DNA from: Planctomycetota bacterium
GTDB lineage: Bacteria > Planctomycetota > UBA1135 > GCA-002748355
Direction of reading: 5' to 3'
NCBI GenBank assembly: GCA_020426005.1
Contig: JAGQQW010000002.1
Coordinates: 8,855 to 72,854 of the forward strand
DNA length: 64,000 nt
The notes under the pieces were generated by a model that saw only the letters and a list, made by a program, of their open reading frames with translations, searched no databases and had not been told where the DNA came from. Position numbers and translations under genes: made by a program. Below are positions 52,880 to 61,594 of the stretch, piece by piece; position 1 is the first letter of the stretch, and each line of letters begins with the position of its first letter.

Positions 52880-53620
52880 CTAGCTGCGTGCCAAACCGAG
52901 CAGTTGATCGTGAATGCTCTCGACCGTGGTGAGAGCCTTGGAAACCGCGCCGTGAAGTCGGCTGACACTGATCATCGCGACCAGTTCACTGACGCTATTG
53001 ACGTTGCTCCGTTCGAGGCCGCCTTGGCGGACTTCGGTCGTCGAGTCGACTTCGGGCTCGGGAGTGTTTGCAGGGAGTGAGAACAACCCACTTCCCTTCG
53101 GCATCATGCGTCGCGGGTCCCCGACGTCGAAAACGCCGATGCGTCCACGCGTTTCGCCAGTCGCTTCGTCGAGGATCGTGCCTTGTGCCGTGATCTTGAT
53201 CTCCCTGATTTCGTTCAGGCGGATCGAATCGCCTCGTTCGTCGAGCACTGCGTGACCCGAGCGGGTCATCAGCGTGCCATCGGCACCGAGTGCGAGCGCT
53301 CCGTTGCGCGTGTAGTACTCGGTGCCCGAGCCGTCGCGAACGCGCAAGAATCCCTTGCCGATCAGCGAGAGGTCGTAAGGAACGTCCGTACGCGCGAAGT
53401 CGCCTTGGCTGAAGTCGGAACTTTCTGCATATTGCGGAATCGTCGTCGTGTTGATTCCCCCGCGGCGCGCTTCGTCGAGTGCCAGCTCGAACTTCGAGAA
53501 CCCTCCAGCGCGCCGTTTGAAGCCCGACGAGTTGATGTTCGCGAGGTTGTTCGCGATGGCCGCTTGCTGCTTGCCGAGTTCGTTGAGGCAAGTCGATAGC
53601 GCGAGTTCTGCGTGATCCAT
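52880..53620 (-). CDS. flgF: flagellar proximal rod protein FlgF (FlgF/FlgG family)
   Basis: AIANNLANINSSGFKR. C-terminal LERSNVNSVSELVAMISVSRLHGAVSKAL. Sits upstream of flgG. Confidence 0.85.
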   Translation of the reverse strand: MDHAELALSTCLNELGKQQAAIANNLANINSSGFKRRAGGFSKFELALDEARRGGINTTTIPQYAESSDFSQGDFARTDVPYDLSLIGKGFLRVRDGSGTEYYTRNGALALGADGTLMTRSGHAVLDERGDSIRLNEIREIKITAQGTILDEATGETRGRIGVFDVGDPRRMMPKGSGLFSLPANTPEPEVDSTTEVRQGGLERSNVNSVSELVAMISVSRLHGAVSKALTTVESIHDQLLGLARS

Positions 53621-53636
53621 GGCTCAGAGCGGTTCG

Positions 53637-55601
53637 TCAGCGAACGATGTTGATGAGTTCTGCGAGGACTTCGTCCACCGTCGTGATGACACGCGCGTTG
53701 GCTTGGTAGCCGCGCTGCGCTTCGATCAGGCGGACGAACTCTTCGGCGATGTCGACGTTGGAGTTCTCGAGAACCCCGGCGACGATGGCGCCAGAGCCTG
53801 CATTGCCGGCGCTCGTCAGGATGGGGTCGTCGCTGTTCGGAGATTCGGTGAACAGCGTGTCCCCGAGCCGTTGCAAGCCGGCCGCGTTCGGAAACATGAC
53901 GATGCGGAGTTTGTCGATGTCGAGAGTCTTGCCGTTGCTGTAGTAGCCTTGCAGTGTGCCGTCGGCGGAGAACGCGACGTTGAGGAGAGAGCCTGCTGCG
54001 TAGCCGTCTTGCTCGGTCGCCGCGGCAGTCGACTTCTCGCCGAGCATGCTGAGTCCTTCGAAGCTCGATGGGTTGCCGAAGTCGAGGCTGATCGTCTGTG
54101 ACGTTGCGAGACCGTTGAACGAGAACTCCAGGTCCGAGTTGGCATCGGTCACGATGTTGAAGCTTCCGTCGTCGTTGAATCGGATGCCGTTGATCGTGCC
54201 GTCGATGATCGTGCCTTCTTGACTGTCGAGCTCGGCTTTGAGGTTCCAGACCTTCGGATCACTCGTATCGCGAGTCAGGATCATCGTCACCGGGTGGGAG
54301 CGCCCGAGGCTGTCATAGACGTCGATCGACGTCGTGACCTCGTCCGGTCCGGTGCCGTCGCGCGTCGTCTTGAAACTGTTCCACGTCGTGTTGGGTGTCG
54401 ACGCGTCGTCGGAGATGAAGAGACTGAGCTTCGCTTCCCCTTGCTGATCTGCAGTGAGGGTCAGGGTGCCGTCGTCGGTGATCGTCGCCGTCGCTCCGTT
54501 GTTGCCTCCTGAGCGGTAGAGGAGGTTCATGAAGTCGATCAGTTTCTGGACGGTAGTTCCGTCCGTTCCGTAGATGAAGGTTCCTGCGACTTTCGCACCA
54601 CTCGGATCGGTGCCTGTGATCCGGATTTGATCGCCGACGTCGTAGTCCTTCGAGTTGATCGTGAGGTCATTGAGCAGGGTCGCGCCCGTCGCCGCCGATT
54701 GCGTCCCGGACGTCAGGATCGTGTCGAGCCCGAAGAACGTCAGCGGGTTTCCCGTCTTGTTGTCGAACTTGATCTGAGCCTTCTCTCCGACCGCATCCGT
54801 AGCGAACGTGAAGGCTCCACCCGACTCCGTGACCTTGATCCCGTTGACCTGGCTCTCGACGCCTGCGATGAACTGAGCGAACGTGACGTTGTTGAGGTTG
54901 CCGACACTGAACTTCGCAGCATCGATCGTCACGGTCTGCGGCGTTCCGCCATTGACCGAGATCGTGAACTCCTGACCATTGCGGCTCGAGAGGTCCATCG
55001 GTTCGGTGAACGTGTTCGACGTCGTTTTGGTCGCGGCGACGCCGGCGAAGAGGGGCGACGTCGACGAGACGACTTCGGAAAGCGGCCCGTTGACCTTCGC
55101 CGGGAGCGTGCCTTCGAACGATACGTTGCCGGTCTGTTGTGCGGGCAGCGTTCCACTCAGTGGCACGTTGATCGTCCCTCCGGTTTCACTGACGACGCGC
55201 ATGCCGGTGCGGAGATCGACGAGGCGGCGCTGTTCGTCGACCCCGAAGCTCCCGACGCGCGTGTAGAGCGACTGTTGTCCGTCGGTCAGTGCGAAGAAAC
55301 CTTGGCCTTGCAGTGCGACATCCAGCGATCGCCCGGTGTTGAGGAACGTGCCTTGATTCGTGTTCGCGTCGATCGAGCCGACTTGCACACCGAGACCGAT
55401 CTGGGTGGGGTTCTTACCACCACGCGAACCACTCGGGCCTTGCCCCGGGGACGCCGTGAACGACAGCAGGTCCGCAAAGGTCACACGCGAGCCCCAGAAG
55501 CCCGGCGTGTTGACGTTCGCGAGGTTGTTGCCGATCACGTCCATGAAACGTTGGTGTGATCGCAGCCCGGACAAGCCGGTGAAGAGTGCGGTGCTGACCA
55601 T
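53637..55601 (-). CDS. flgE: flagellar hook protein FlgE
   Basis: MVSTALFTGLSGLRSHQRFMDVIGNNLANVNTPGF. C-terminal LENSNVDIAEEFVRLIEAQRGYQANARVITT. Confidence 0.95.
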   Translation of the reverse strand: MVSTALFTGLSGLRSHQRFMDVIGNNLANVNTPGFWGSRVTFADLLSFTASPGQGPSGSRGGKNPTQIGLGVQVGSIDANTNQGTFLNTGRSLDVALQGQGFFALTDGQQSLYTRVGSFGVDEQRRLVDLRTGMRVVSETGGTINVPLSGTLPAQQTGNVSFEGTLPAKVNGPLSEVVSSTSPLFAGVAATKTTSNTFTEPMDLSSRNGQEFTISVNGGTPQTVTIDAAKFSVGNLNNVTFAQFIAGVESQVNGIKVTESGGAFTFATDAVGEKAQIKFDNKTGNPLTFFGLDTILTSGTQSAATGATLLNDLTINSKDYDVGDQIRITGTDPSGAKVAGTFIYGTDGTTVQKLIDFMNLLYRSGGNNGATATITDDGTLTLTADQQGEAKLSLFISDDASTPNTTWNSFKTTRDGTGPDEVTTSIDVYDSLGRSHPVTMILTRDTSDPKVWNLKAELDSQEGTIIDGTINGIRFNDDGSFNIVTDANSDLEFSFNGLATSQTISLDFGNPSSFEGLSMLGEKSTAAATEQDGYAAGSLLNVAFSADGTLQGYYSNGKTLDIDKLRIVMFPNAAGLQRLGDTLFTESPNSDDPILTSAGNAGSGAIVAGVLENSNVDIAEEFVRLIEAQRGYQANARVITTVDEVLAELINIVR

Positions 55602-55616
55602 CGATATCCTCCGGGA

Positions 55617-56087
55617 TCAGGACTGCGTGCTCTTGTCGTCGTTCTTCGACTGTGCGCCACGCACGCCGACGACGGAGGAAATCGGGACGTCCCTGTCGCC
55701 GATCTTCACGAGCGTCTGACCCGTCTGGTCGATGCGAACCGAGTCGACGACACCGGATTCGATCTTGCTGTCTCCAACGACGAAGTCGACTTCCTTGCCG
55801 ATCCAGGCACTTCCTTGCGACAGACCGTCGAGACGTGCGAGCACCGTCTGGAACTCGAGTAGCGTCGACAGATTGGAGTTGAGCGTCTGCTGCTGTTCCA
55901 TGGACGAGAAGTTGCTCATCTGTTGGAGCATGCGATCGTTGTCCACCGGCTCCAGCGGCGTCTGCGCTTGGAGCTGCGCGATCATGAGTTGGAGGAAGCT
56001 CTCGCTGTCCGGAGTCTTCTTCTGCGTCCGTGTGTCTCCGTATCCGCCGCTATTGAGCGCCACGCTGCTGAGGGCACTGTTGTTCAT
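55617..56087 (-). CDS. flgD: flagellar hook capping protein FlgD
   Basis: FLQLMIAQLQAQTPLEPVDNDRMLQQMSNFSSMEQ is the FlgD N-terminal signature. Lies between fliK and flgE. Confidence 0.9.
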   Translation of the reverse strand: MNNSALSSVALNSGGYGDTRTQKKTPDSESFLQLMIAQLQAQTPLEPVDNDRMLQQMSNFSSMEQQQTLNSNLSTLLEFQTVLARLDGLSQGSAWIGKEVDFVVGDSKIESGVVDSVRIDQTGQTLVKIGDRDVPISSVVGVRGAQSKNDDKSTQS

Positions 56088-56102
56088 GGTGTCACTTCTC
56101 TC

Positions 56103-57140
56103 TCAGGCGACCGTGTCGATTGCGGGGACACGAGTCATCGGGTTGTCGAGGTTTCGATCACTCGAGGTAGGAGCGACCGAAGCGTCAGGAGTCACCGTCG
56201 CACCGGGCGTGCCGAGCGCGACGTGTTCTTCGGTTTCGAGTCGTTCTTCGAACTCGCGTTGTGCGTGCTGCTGGCGTTCTCGGCTGCTCGTGCCGATGTC
56301 GAAGCCGTGTACGTCGAGACCCTGTTGTTCGAGTTCGTGCCGAAGCGTGTCCGCGTCACTCTGCAAGAGTGCGGCGACCTCTTGACGTTCTGCGCGTAGC
56401 TCGAGCTTCAAGCCACTGCCTTCCAGAACGATCCGAACCCCGAGAGACCCGAGGTGCTTCGGTTCGAGCAACAGGCGCATTTCGCCGCCTGTCTCCGTCG
56501 CGGCGAGTGCGATGCGTCGCAGGATCGCGCGGTGCTGCGCCTCCGTGACCACGACGGGGATCGTCGTGCGGACGGGGTGCGCCCTCGCGGCTTCGAGTTT
56601 GGCGATCTTGGGAGATCGCAGTTCGCCGACGATCGGCGCCGGTCCTTGGCTTGCGCGGGCTACGGACGGAACGACGGGCATCGTACCGATCTTTCCGAGG
56701 TTGGCGTCGACGCCCTTGACGTGCGGCGTTGCGGTTCGTGCCTTCGTGCCGAACGACACCGTCGGAGCTCGTGAGTCGCTTTCCGGTGGCGCCTCGATGG
56801 CGTGACGAGGCCCGACGAAGAGGTCGGGCGTTCGTTCGGATGGGCTCTCGGTTTCGACGACGGTATCCGTCGCTTCGGGTGATGCGTGCAGCTGTTCCGC
56901 AGAGTCGTTCGGTGGCGCATCGCTTGCGGTATCGCGCGGTGCTTGCAGCGATGCGGTCGGGGACGCGGGACTCGCTTCCGGCGGCGGTTCGTCCGCCCCT
57001 GCAGTCACCGACGCTTCTTCGCGTGCCTTGCGTGCCCAGTCCTCGAACGAGTTCCCGTTCGCTTCTCGTCGCGGAATCAGCTTCGCACGAGGGATTTCGT
57101 CCAAGTTTTGGCCAACGCGGCCGAATGGAGTCCACTGCAT
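56103..57140 (-). CDS. fliK: flagellar hook-length control protein FliK
   Basis: Pro/Ala/Ser-rich N-terminal half. C-terminal Flg_hook-type segment MRLLLEPKHLGSLGVRIVLEGSGLKLELRAERQEVAALLQSDADTLRHELEQQGL. Confidence 0.8.
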   Translation of the reverse strand: MQWTPFGRVGQNLDEIPRAKLIPRREANGNSFEDWARKAREEASVTAGADEPPPEASPASPTASLQAPRDTASDAPPNDSAEQLHASPEATDTVVETESPSERTPDLFVGPRHAIEAPPESDSRAPTVSFGTKARTATPHVKGVDANLGKIGTMPVVPSVARASQGPAPIVGELRSPKIAKLEAARAHPVRTTIPVVVTEAQHRAILRRIALAATETGGEMRLLLEPKHLGSLGVRIVLEGSGLKLELRAERQEVAALLQSDADTLRHELEQQGLDVHGFDIGTSSRERQQHAQREFEERLETEEHVALGTPGATVTPDASVAPTSSDRNLDNPMTRVPAIDTVA

Positions 57141-57368
57141 GGAATCCCCTTCGCATTGGGCGTTCCAATTCGGATTCCAATACGTTCCAGCGCTGCTGAC
57201 GGACGCGTGTGCGGTTCACACCGTGCAATTGCGGCAGAACTTGCCGTGGTGCCGTGCGCAGCGCTGCAAGGATTGCCGTCGACAATCGAAGCACCATGCA
57301 AGGCATCGACGTCGTTCCCCGGCCACGCGTCGAATCCTGCGACACTTGCGACTTTCCTGCCTCTTCGC

Positions 57369-57395
57369 TCAAGCGAACGGCGGCTCTGCCGATCA
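57369..57395 (+). promoter_or_regulatory. sigma-28 (FliA)-type promoter upstream of flgM
   Basis: TCAA-N15-GCCGATCA versus the consensus TAAA-N15-GCCGATAA (10/12 positions, correct spacing). It ends 24 nt before the ATG at 57420. Confidence 0.5.
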
Positions 57396-57419
57396 TGCGG
57401 ACGGCACGGTCATACGATC

Positions 57420-57728
57420 ATGAACATCGGGCACATCAAACCAGCGTCGCGTAGGACGGAGTCGGCAACTCCTGCCGGAGACGCGGCGGCTTCGGCGGGT
57501 CGGTCGCGCAGTCTCGTCGCTTCGGATCACGCAGTGATCTCGGGGCCGGCTCGCGAGCTGCAGCGTGACGTGGCGAACGTGCTCGCGTCCCTCGACGAAG
57601 TCGAGATCGGCAAGAGCCCGGAAGAGCTGGATGCGTTGCGTGCGCGGCTCGATCGTGGGGACTTCGACGATGAAGCCGCCTTGCGACGAGCGGCGACGAA
57701 GTTCGTCGAGGGCGCAGACGAGTTCTGA
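57420..57728 (+). CDS. flgM: anti-sigma-28 factor FlgM-like protein
   Basis: 102-aa tail of ORF 56886..57728 starting at ATG 57420. Disordered N-terminus. C-terminal helical ELDALRARLDRGDFDDEAALRRAATKFVEG resembles the FlgM sigma-28-binding region. Preceded by a sigma-28-type promoter. Confidence 0.6.
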   Translation: MNIGHIKPASRRTESATPAGDAAASAGRSRSLVASDHAVISGPARELQRDVANVLASLDEVEIGKSPEELDALRARLDRGDFDDEAALRRAATKFVEGADEF

Positions 57729-57744
57729 GCGTTCCCGGCGCTCA
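57726..57744. terminator. short hairpin formed by the two convergent stop codons
   Basis: TGAGCG (57726-57731) pairs with CGCTCA (57739-57744). The arms contain the flgM TGA and the TCA stop of the lipoprotein gene. Confidence 0.3.
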
Positions 57745-58401
57745 AGCGTCGGCTTTGCGTAGTGACTCGACGATTCGATGGGAGCAGTACCGCGCGAAGC
57801 GGCGGGGACTGAGCTGGAGCATATCGGTCTCGTGTAGAGACGGGTCCGGCGCCAATGAGTCTCGTGCGTACACTTTCAGGTCGAGTTGAATGTTCTCGTC
57901 CGCGCTGTCGAACGTCTCGTCGACGACCCAAACTGCATCGCCGCTATGCACGGAGACGAGTTGTAGACGCAAGCCGAGCATCGGCGGCATCCATGGGCGC
58001 ACGGACGTGACACGCAGCATGCAGACGCCATCGGCTTGATAGCGTCGCCCGATATCGACGAGGGCGTCGACCGAGAGGCGACCACGCCGTTCGGACTTCC
58101 AGAGCGCCTTCTCCTCGGTCGTGTCTCGTCCGATGCTCAGGACTTCGAAGCGGCGTGTCGCAGCGAGTTCGGCGCGAAACGTCTCTCCGAGTGCGTCCAA
58201 GAAGTCGACGCTCGCCTCGTCTCCCGCGACGGGTAGAGCGATGATGCGACGGACCACCTGAAGGTCGCGTCGATCGGCGACCCACGCGTGCACCTCGATT
58301 GGCGGTGGGAGAGGCTTGACGATGTGACAAGACGCGAGCAACGCGACCGTCGCCAGATAGGCGACGATTCGCATGTTCCTTTGGACGGCGCCCTTGCTCA
58401 T
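57742..58401 (-). CDS. lipoprotein of unknown function (last gene of the fliA operon)
   Basis: ATGA overlap with the upstream stop at 58398-58401. MSKGAVQRNMRIVAYLATVALLASC (lipobox LASC). Confidence 0.6.
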   Translation of the reverse strand: MSKGAVQRNMRIVAYLATVALLASCHIVKPLPPPIEVHAWVADRRDLQVVRRIIALPVAGDEASVDFLDALGETFRAELAATRRFEVLSIGRDTTEEKALWKSERRGRLSVDALVDIGRRYQADGVCMLRVTSVRPWMPPMLGLRLQLVSVHSGDAVWVVDETFDSADENIQLDLKVYARDSLAPDPSLHETDMLQLSPRRFARYCSHRIVESLRKADA

Positions 58402-58901
58402 CGCCCCATGGCTGCGGCTTCTGCCGCAGCGATCTTCATCTTGACGATCTCGATTTCGAGTTCGAGTGCGCGTTTCTCGAGCTTCGCTTTCTCGATCGAT
58501 GCATCGAGAAGGCGTGCGTCGCGGTCGCGAAGTTTGTTTTGTGCCTGCGCGAGTTCCGCTTCGAGAGAGATGCGCTTGCCCTTCTCACTCGATCCTTCGG
58601 AGAGAGCGGATGCTTCCCGCATCTGCAAGTTGCGGACGTCCGTCTGGAGCTCGTCACGTTCTCGCTGCAATGCGGCAACCTGCTCCTTCGTCTCCTTCAG
58701 TGCCTCGAGCAGGCTCTTCTGACCAGGAGAGACGTCGAGGGACGTCGTCGGTCCAGCCTCGAGGTAGTCAGGACCTTCAGTCGGCGTCTCGCTCGTCTTA
58801 CCCTGGTCCGTCGGCTCGAAGAGCACGCAGGAGGGGAGGGAGCAAGCGACAAAGGTGAAGAGCGTGGTGCACGTGCCACGGCGGAGAGTCGCGAACTTCA
58901 T
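58398..58901 (-). CDS. coiled-coil lipoprotein of unknown function
   Basis: MKFATLRRGTCTTLFTFVACSLPSC signal/lipobox. The C-terminal ~100 aa are heptad-like (LEALKETKEQVAALQRERDELQTDVRNLQ...LEKRALELEIEIVKMKIAAAE). Confidence 0.6.
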   Translation of the reverse strand: MKFATLRRGTCTTLFTFVACSLPSCVLFEPTDQGKTSETPTEGPDYLEAGPTTSLDVSPGQKSLLEALKETKEQVAALQRERDELQTDVRNLQMREASALSEGSSEKGKRISLEAELAQAQNKLRDRDARLLDASIEKAKLEKRALELEIEIVKMKIAAAEAAAMGR

Positions 58902-58917
58902 GGCGAACCTCGAGGGA

Positions 58918-59214
58918 TCAAGCTGGGGCCGGAGTGTCGCTGCTTTGTTGGCTGGCCTGTGGATCCGATTCCGTTTCGTAGACGCAGTCGAGATCCAAGT
59001 GTTGACCGCACGAACATCGGATCTCGAGCGATTGGATCACGTTGCCGTCGAAGACGGGTGTGATCGTGAGACTGCCCGAGCCGCGCGCGCCGTGATCGAC
59101 GATGACCGGCTCCTCGACGAGACGAACTCGTCCGTGCGCGATGCGGCTGTGGTCGCCCTGGCTTCGAGAACTGCGTTCGATGCTCACTCTGGACTCATCG
59201 TCACGCGAGCACAT
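58918..59214 (-). CDS. hypothetical 98-aa protein (Cys-containing C-terminal half)
   Basis: Internal ATG at 59214 of ORF 58918..59400 overlaps the upstream ORF by 14 nt. VRLVEEPVIVDHGARGSGSLTITPVFDGNVIQSLEIRCSCGQHLDLDCVYE looks protein-like, whereas the part of the ORF upstream of 59214 does not. Confidence 0.4.
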   Translation of the reverse strand: MCSRDDESRVSIERSSRSQGDHSRIAHGRVRLVEEPVIVDHGARGSGSLTITPVFDGNVIQSLEIRCSCGQHLDLDCVYETESDPQASQQSSDTPAPA

Positions 59215-59497
59215 CGAGCTTGAGCCCCTTGCCATCGGCGTTCGGGGCTCGCGGAAGTATGCGGAGAAGGCCCTTCGACGGATCGAGTTGTTCCCGGGCA
59301 CCACCGCTTTCATCCGATTCGATGGACGGCCGCTCGCCTTCTTCGGTTCGGGGCGCACCGGTATCGAGGGTGCTGGCATCCAGGCTGCCGTCGAACGCAC
59401 GCGTGTCGTGGCTGCCTGCCTTCGTATCGCCGCCGCCGGTATCGGTTCGAACCTGATGCGTCAGTGCCGCCGGGATCGATACGAGGGAGTCGACCAT
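59201..59497 (-). CDS. hypothetical 98-aa acidic protein immediately downstream of fliA
   Basis: ATG at 59497, 4 nt after the fliA stop. High GC3. MVDSLVSIPAALTHQVRTDTGGGD... Confidence 0.45.
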   Translation of the reverse strand: MVDSLVSIPAALTHQVRTDTGGGDTKAGSHDTRAFDGSLDASTLDTGAPRTEEGERPSIESDESGGAREQLDPSKGLLRILPRAPNADGKGLKLDVLA

Positions 59498-59501
59498 GCG
59501 T

Positions 59502-60251
59502 TCAGGCCGTCTTGCAGGGCTCGGGTTCGACCAGGGCGAGTTTCAAGGTGGCGATCGCCTGAGCGAGGATCTGACAAACGCGCGATTCGCTCACGCCGAG
59601 CAGGCTGCCGATGTCCTTGAGCAGCAGGCCCTCGTCGTAGTAGAGCACGACGGCGCGCCTTGCCTGCTCGGGCAACGAGCCGATCGCACGGTGAACGGAC
59701 TCGATCGATTCTCGGTCCTGCGCCTTCTGGCCGGGGTCGGTGGCACGTTCGCTGACGATCGTGTCGATCAGGGTCGCCTCGTCGTCGCGCGCGCCGTTGC
59801 TGTCGTCGATGGAGAGCTGGTTCGACGTATGGAGCGCGACGAGGTCCGCACCGAGTTCTTCGCGACTGCAAGCCAATCGATCACAGACTTCGTCGTGCGT
59901 GGGGTTTCGGCCCAATTCTGCGGTCAAGTCCTGCCAACTGCGTTCGAGACGCCGAAGCCGCTCGCGCGTCGTGCGTGGCACCGGGTCGAGTCTGCGAAGT
60001 TCGTCGAGGATCGCGCCGCGAATCGCCGTATACGCGAATGTCTTGAAGCTCGCGCCCTTGTCCGGTTCCCACGTTTCTGCAGCCCGGATGAGGCCCATGG
60101 CGCCGGTTGCCTGTAGATCGTCGCGATCGACGCCCGGTGGCAAGCCGTATGTGAGCCGCCCGACGATGTGTCTGACGAGCGGCAAGTAGCGCTCGATGAG
60201 TTCGTCTCGTTCGGCGATGTCTCGTGCTCTTCGTCGCGCGGTTCGACTCAT
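59502..60251 (-). CDS. fliA: flagellar sigma factor FliA (sigma-28)
   Basis: LIERYLPLVRHIVGRL, DLQATGAMGLIRAAETWEPDKGASFKTFAYTAIRGAILDELR, and region 4 LPEQARRAVVLYYDEGLLLKDIGSLLGVSESRVCQILAQA. Confidence 0.95.
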   Translation of the reverse strand: MSRTARRRARDIAERDELIERYLPLVRHIVGRLTYGLPPGVDRDDLQATGAMGLIRAAETWEPDKGASFKTFAYTAIRGAILDELRRLDPVPRTTRERLRRLERSWQDLTAELGRNPTHDEVCDRLACSREELGADLVALHTSNQLSIDDSNGARDDEATLIDTIVSERATDPGQKAQDRESIESVHRAIGSLPEQARRAVVLYYDEGLLLKDIGSLLGVSESRVCQILAQAIATLKLALVEPEPCKTA

Positions 60252-60490
60252 TCGTCGGCCTCCCTGCGTGCCTCTTCAGCAGCGGTGAGTGCCGTCATCA
60301 ACGTGTCGAAGAGCGGGAGCAGCAGCGGACGGGAAAGCGTCCACGTGACGAATGCGGCTACGCCGCCCCGGGTCAGAGCCGTCTGTGGGCTCGCGCCGAC
60401 CCAGTAGGACAGGAGGTAAGTGATCGAGAACGCAAGGCATGCGAGCCATGCCGCGGTCGACCTCGTCAAACTCCTCGTTCCCGTATTCAT
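60248..60490 (-). CDS. small (80 aa) two-TM protein translationally coupled to fliA
   Basis: ATG at 60490 within ORF 60248..60697. Its stop overlaps the fliA start. AAWLACLAFSITYLLSYWV and GGVAAFVTWTLSRPLLLPLF. Confidence 0.5.
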   Translation of the reverse strand: MNTGTRSLTRSTAAWLACLAFSITYLLSYWVGASPQTALTRGGVAAFVTWTLSRPLLLPLFDTLMTALTAAEEARREADE

Positions 60491-60510
60491 TGCGAACTGC
60501 CTGACGCAAC

Positions 60511-60538
60511 AGATCGGCAAGAAGGGGGTCATGACTGA
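60511..60538 (-). promoter_or_regulatory. weak sigma-28-like element upstream of the fliA operon
   Basis: Minus strand TCAG-N16-GCCGATCT, 20 nt before the ATG at 60490. The -10 matches 6/8 and the -35 is poor. Confidence 0.25.
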
Positions 60539-60565
60539 ATCGAGCACTTGACGGCATTTGGTAAC

Positions 60566-61594
60566 ATGCCCCGGATGTCCACGTCCGATGCCCACTCGCG
60601 GCCGCTTCGTAAGCTGCGCATTTCGATCACCGATCGCTGCAATCTGCGGTGCGCCTACTGCATGCCCGCAGAGGAATACCGATGGTTGCCGAAACAAGAG
60701 CTCCTCTCGTTCGAGGAGATCGAGCGTCTCGCGCGCATCGTTCGGGAACTCGGAGTTCGTGAGGTTCGACTGACGGGCGGCGAACCGCTGCTACGGCGCG
60801 ATGTCGAAGAACTCGTCATGCGGCTCGCGAACCTCGGCTTCGACAAGCTCGCCATGACGACCAACGGCATGTTCCTCGCCGATCACGTCGACGAGCTGCG
60901 CGCTGCAGGCATGACTTCCGTGACGGTGAGCCTCGATACGCTCCGGCCAGGTCGCTTCGAGCGCTTGACGCGGCGAACGGGTCTCGATCGAACGCTCGAC
61001 GGCATTCGAGCAGCGGTTGCCGCAGGGTTCGAGCGTCCCAAGATCAACACCGTCGTGATGCGTGGCTTCAACGATGACGAGATCTTCGACATGCTCGAAT
61101 TCGCGCACGAGGTCGGGGCCGAGCCGCGCTTCATCGAATACATGGACGTCGGTGGGGCGACCGACTGGAGTGCGTCCGACGTCGTGTCGCGGCGCGAGAT
61201 CCTCGAGCGTGTTCACGCGCGATACGGCACGCCGGAGCCGCTCGTCGGTCGCGGCGCCGCTCCCGCGGAGCGGTTCGAGTTGCCGACTGGGCAACGGTTC
61301 GGGATCATCGCATCCACGACCATGCCGTTCTGTGGTGCATGCGATCGGGCGAGGCTCGTTGCGGACGGGCGCTTCTTCACATGCCTGTATTCCCGATCTG
61401 GGGTCGACCTACGGTCGTTGCTGCGGAGCGAGGCGACCGACGATGACATCCGGGACCTGATCGCCGGTGTGTGGCGAGAGCGCACCGATCGAGGCGCCGA
61501 GAAGCGCCTCGAACTCGCCGCACGCAGTCCACTGGCATCTAGGGCGGAGCTCGCGAGCGATCCCCATCTCGAAATGCACACCCGCGGTGGGTGA
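60566..61594 (+). CDS. moaA: GTP 3',8-cyclase MoaA (radical SAM, molybdenum cofactor biosynthesis)
   Basis: LRISITDRCNLRCAYCMP (CX3CX2C). RLTGGEPLLR. C-terminal cluster FCGACDRARLVADGRFFTC. Start could be ATG 60566 or 60575. Confidence 0.95.
   Translation: MPRMSTSDAHSRPLRKLRISITDRCNLRCAYCMPAEEYRWLPKQELLSFEEIERLARIVRELGVREVRLTGGEPLLRRDVEELVMRLANLGFDKLAMTTNGMFLADHVDELRAAGMTSVTVSLDTLRPGRFERLTRRTGLDRTLDGIRAAVAAGFERPKINTVVMRGFNDDEIFDMLEFAHEVGAEPRFIEYMDVGGATDWSASDVVSRREILERVHARYGTPEPLVGRGAAPAERFELPTGQRFGIIASTTMPFCGACDRARLVADGRFFTCLYSRSGVDLRSLLRSEATDDDIRDLIAGVWRERTDRGAEKRLELAARSPLASRAELASDPHLEMHTRGG

Noticed and set aside
57152-57167. Sigma-54-like element TGGAACGCCCAATGCG (minus strand) upstream of fliK
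   Set aside because: It has two mismatches in core positions. The GC of the -12 box is only 12 nt from the fliK ATG, which leaves no room for a 5' UTR with the AAGGGGA ribosome-binding site.
60491-60565. Moco riboswitch upstream of moaA (and likewise a preQ1 riboswitch upstream of queC at 36282-36305)
   Set aside because: The leaders are about 75 nt and 24 nt, too short for these RNA families, and no conserved riboswitch core motifs are evident.
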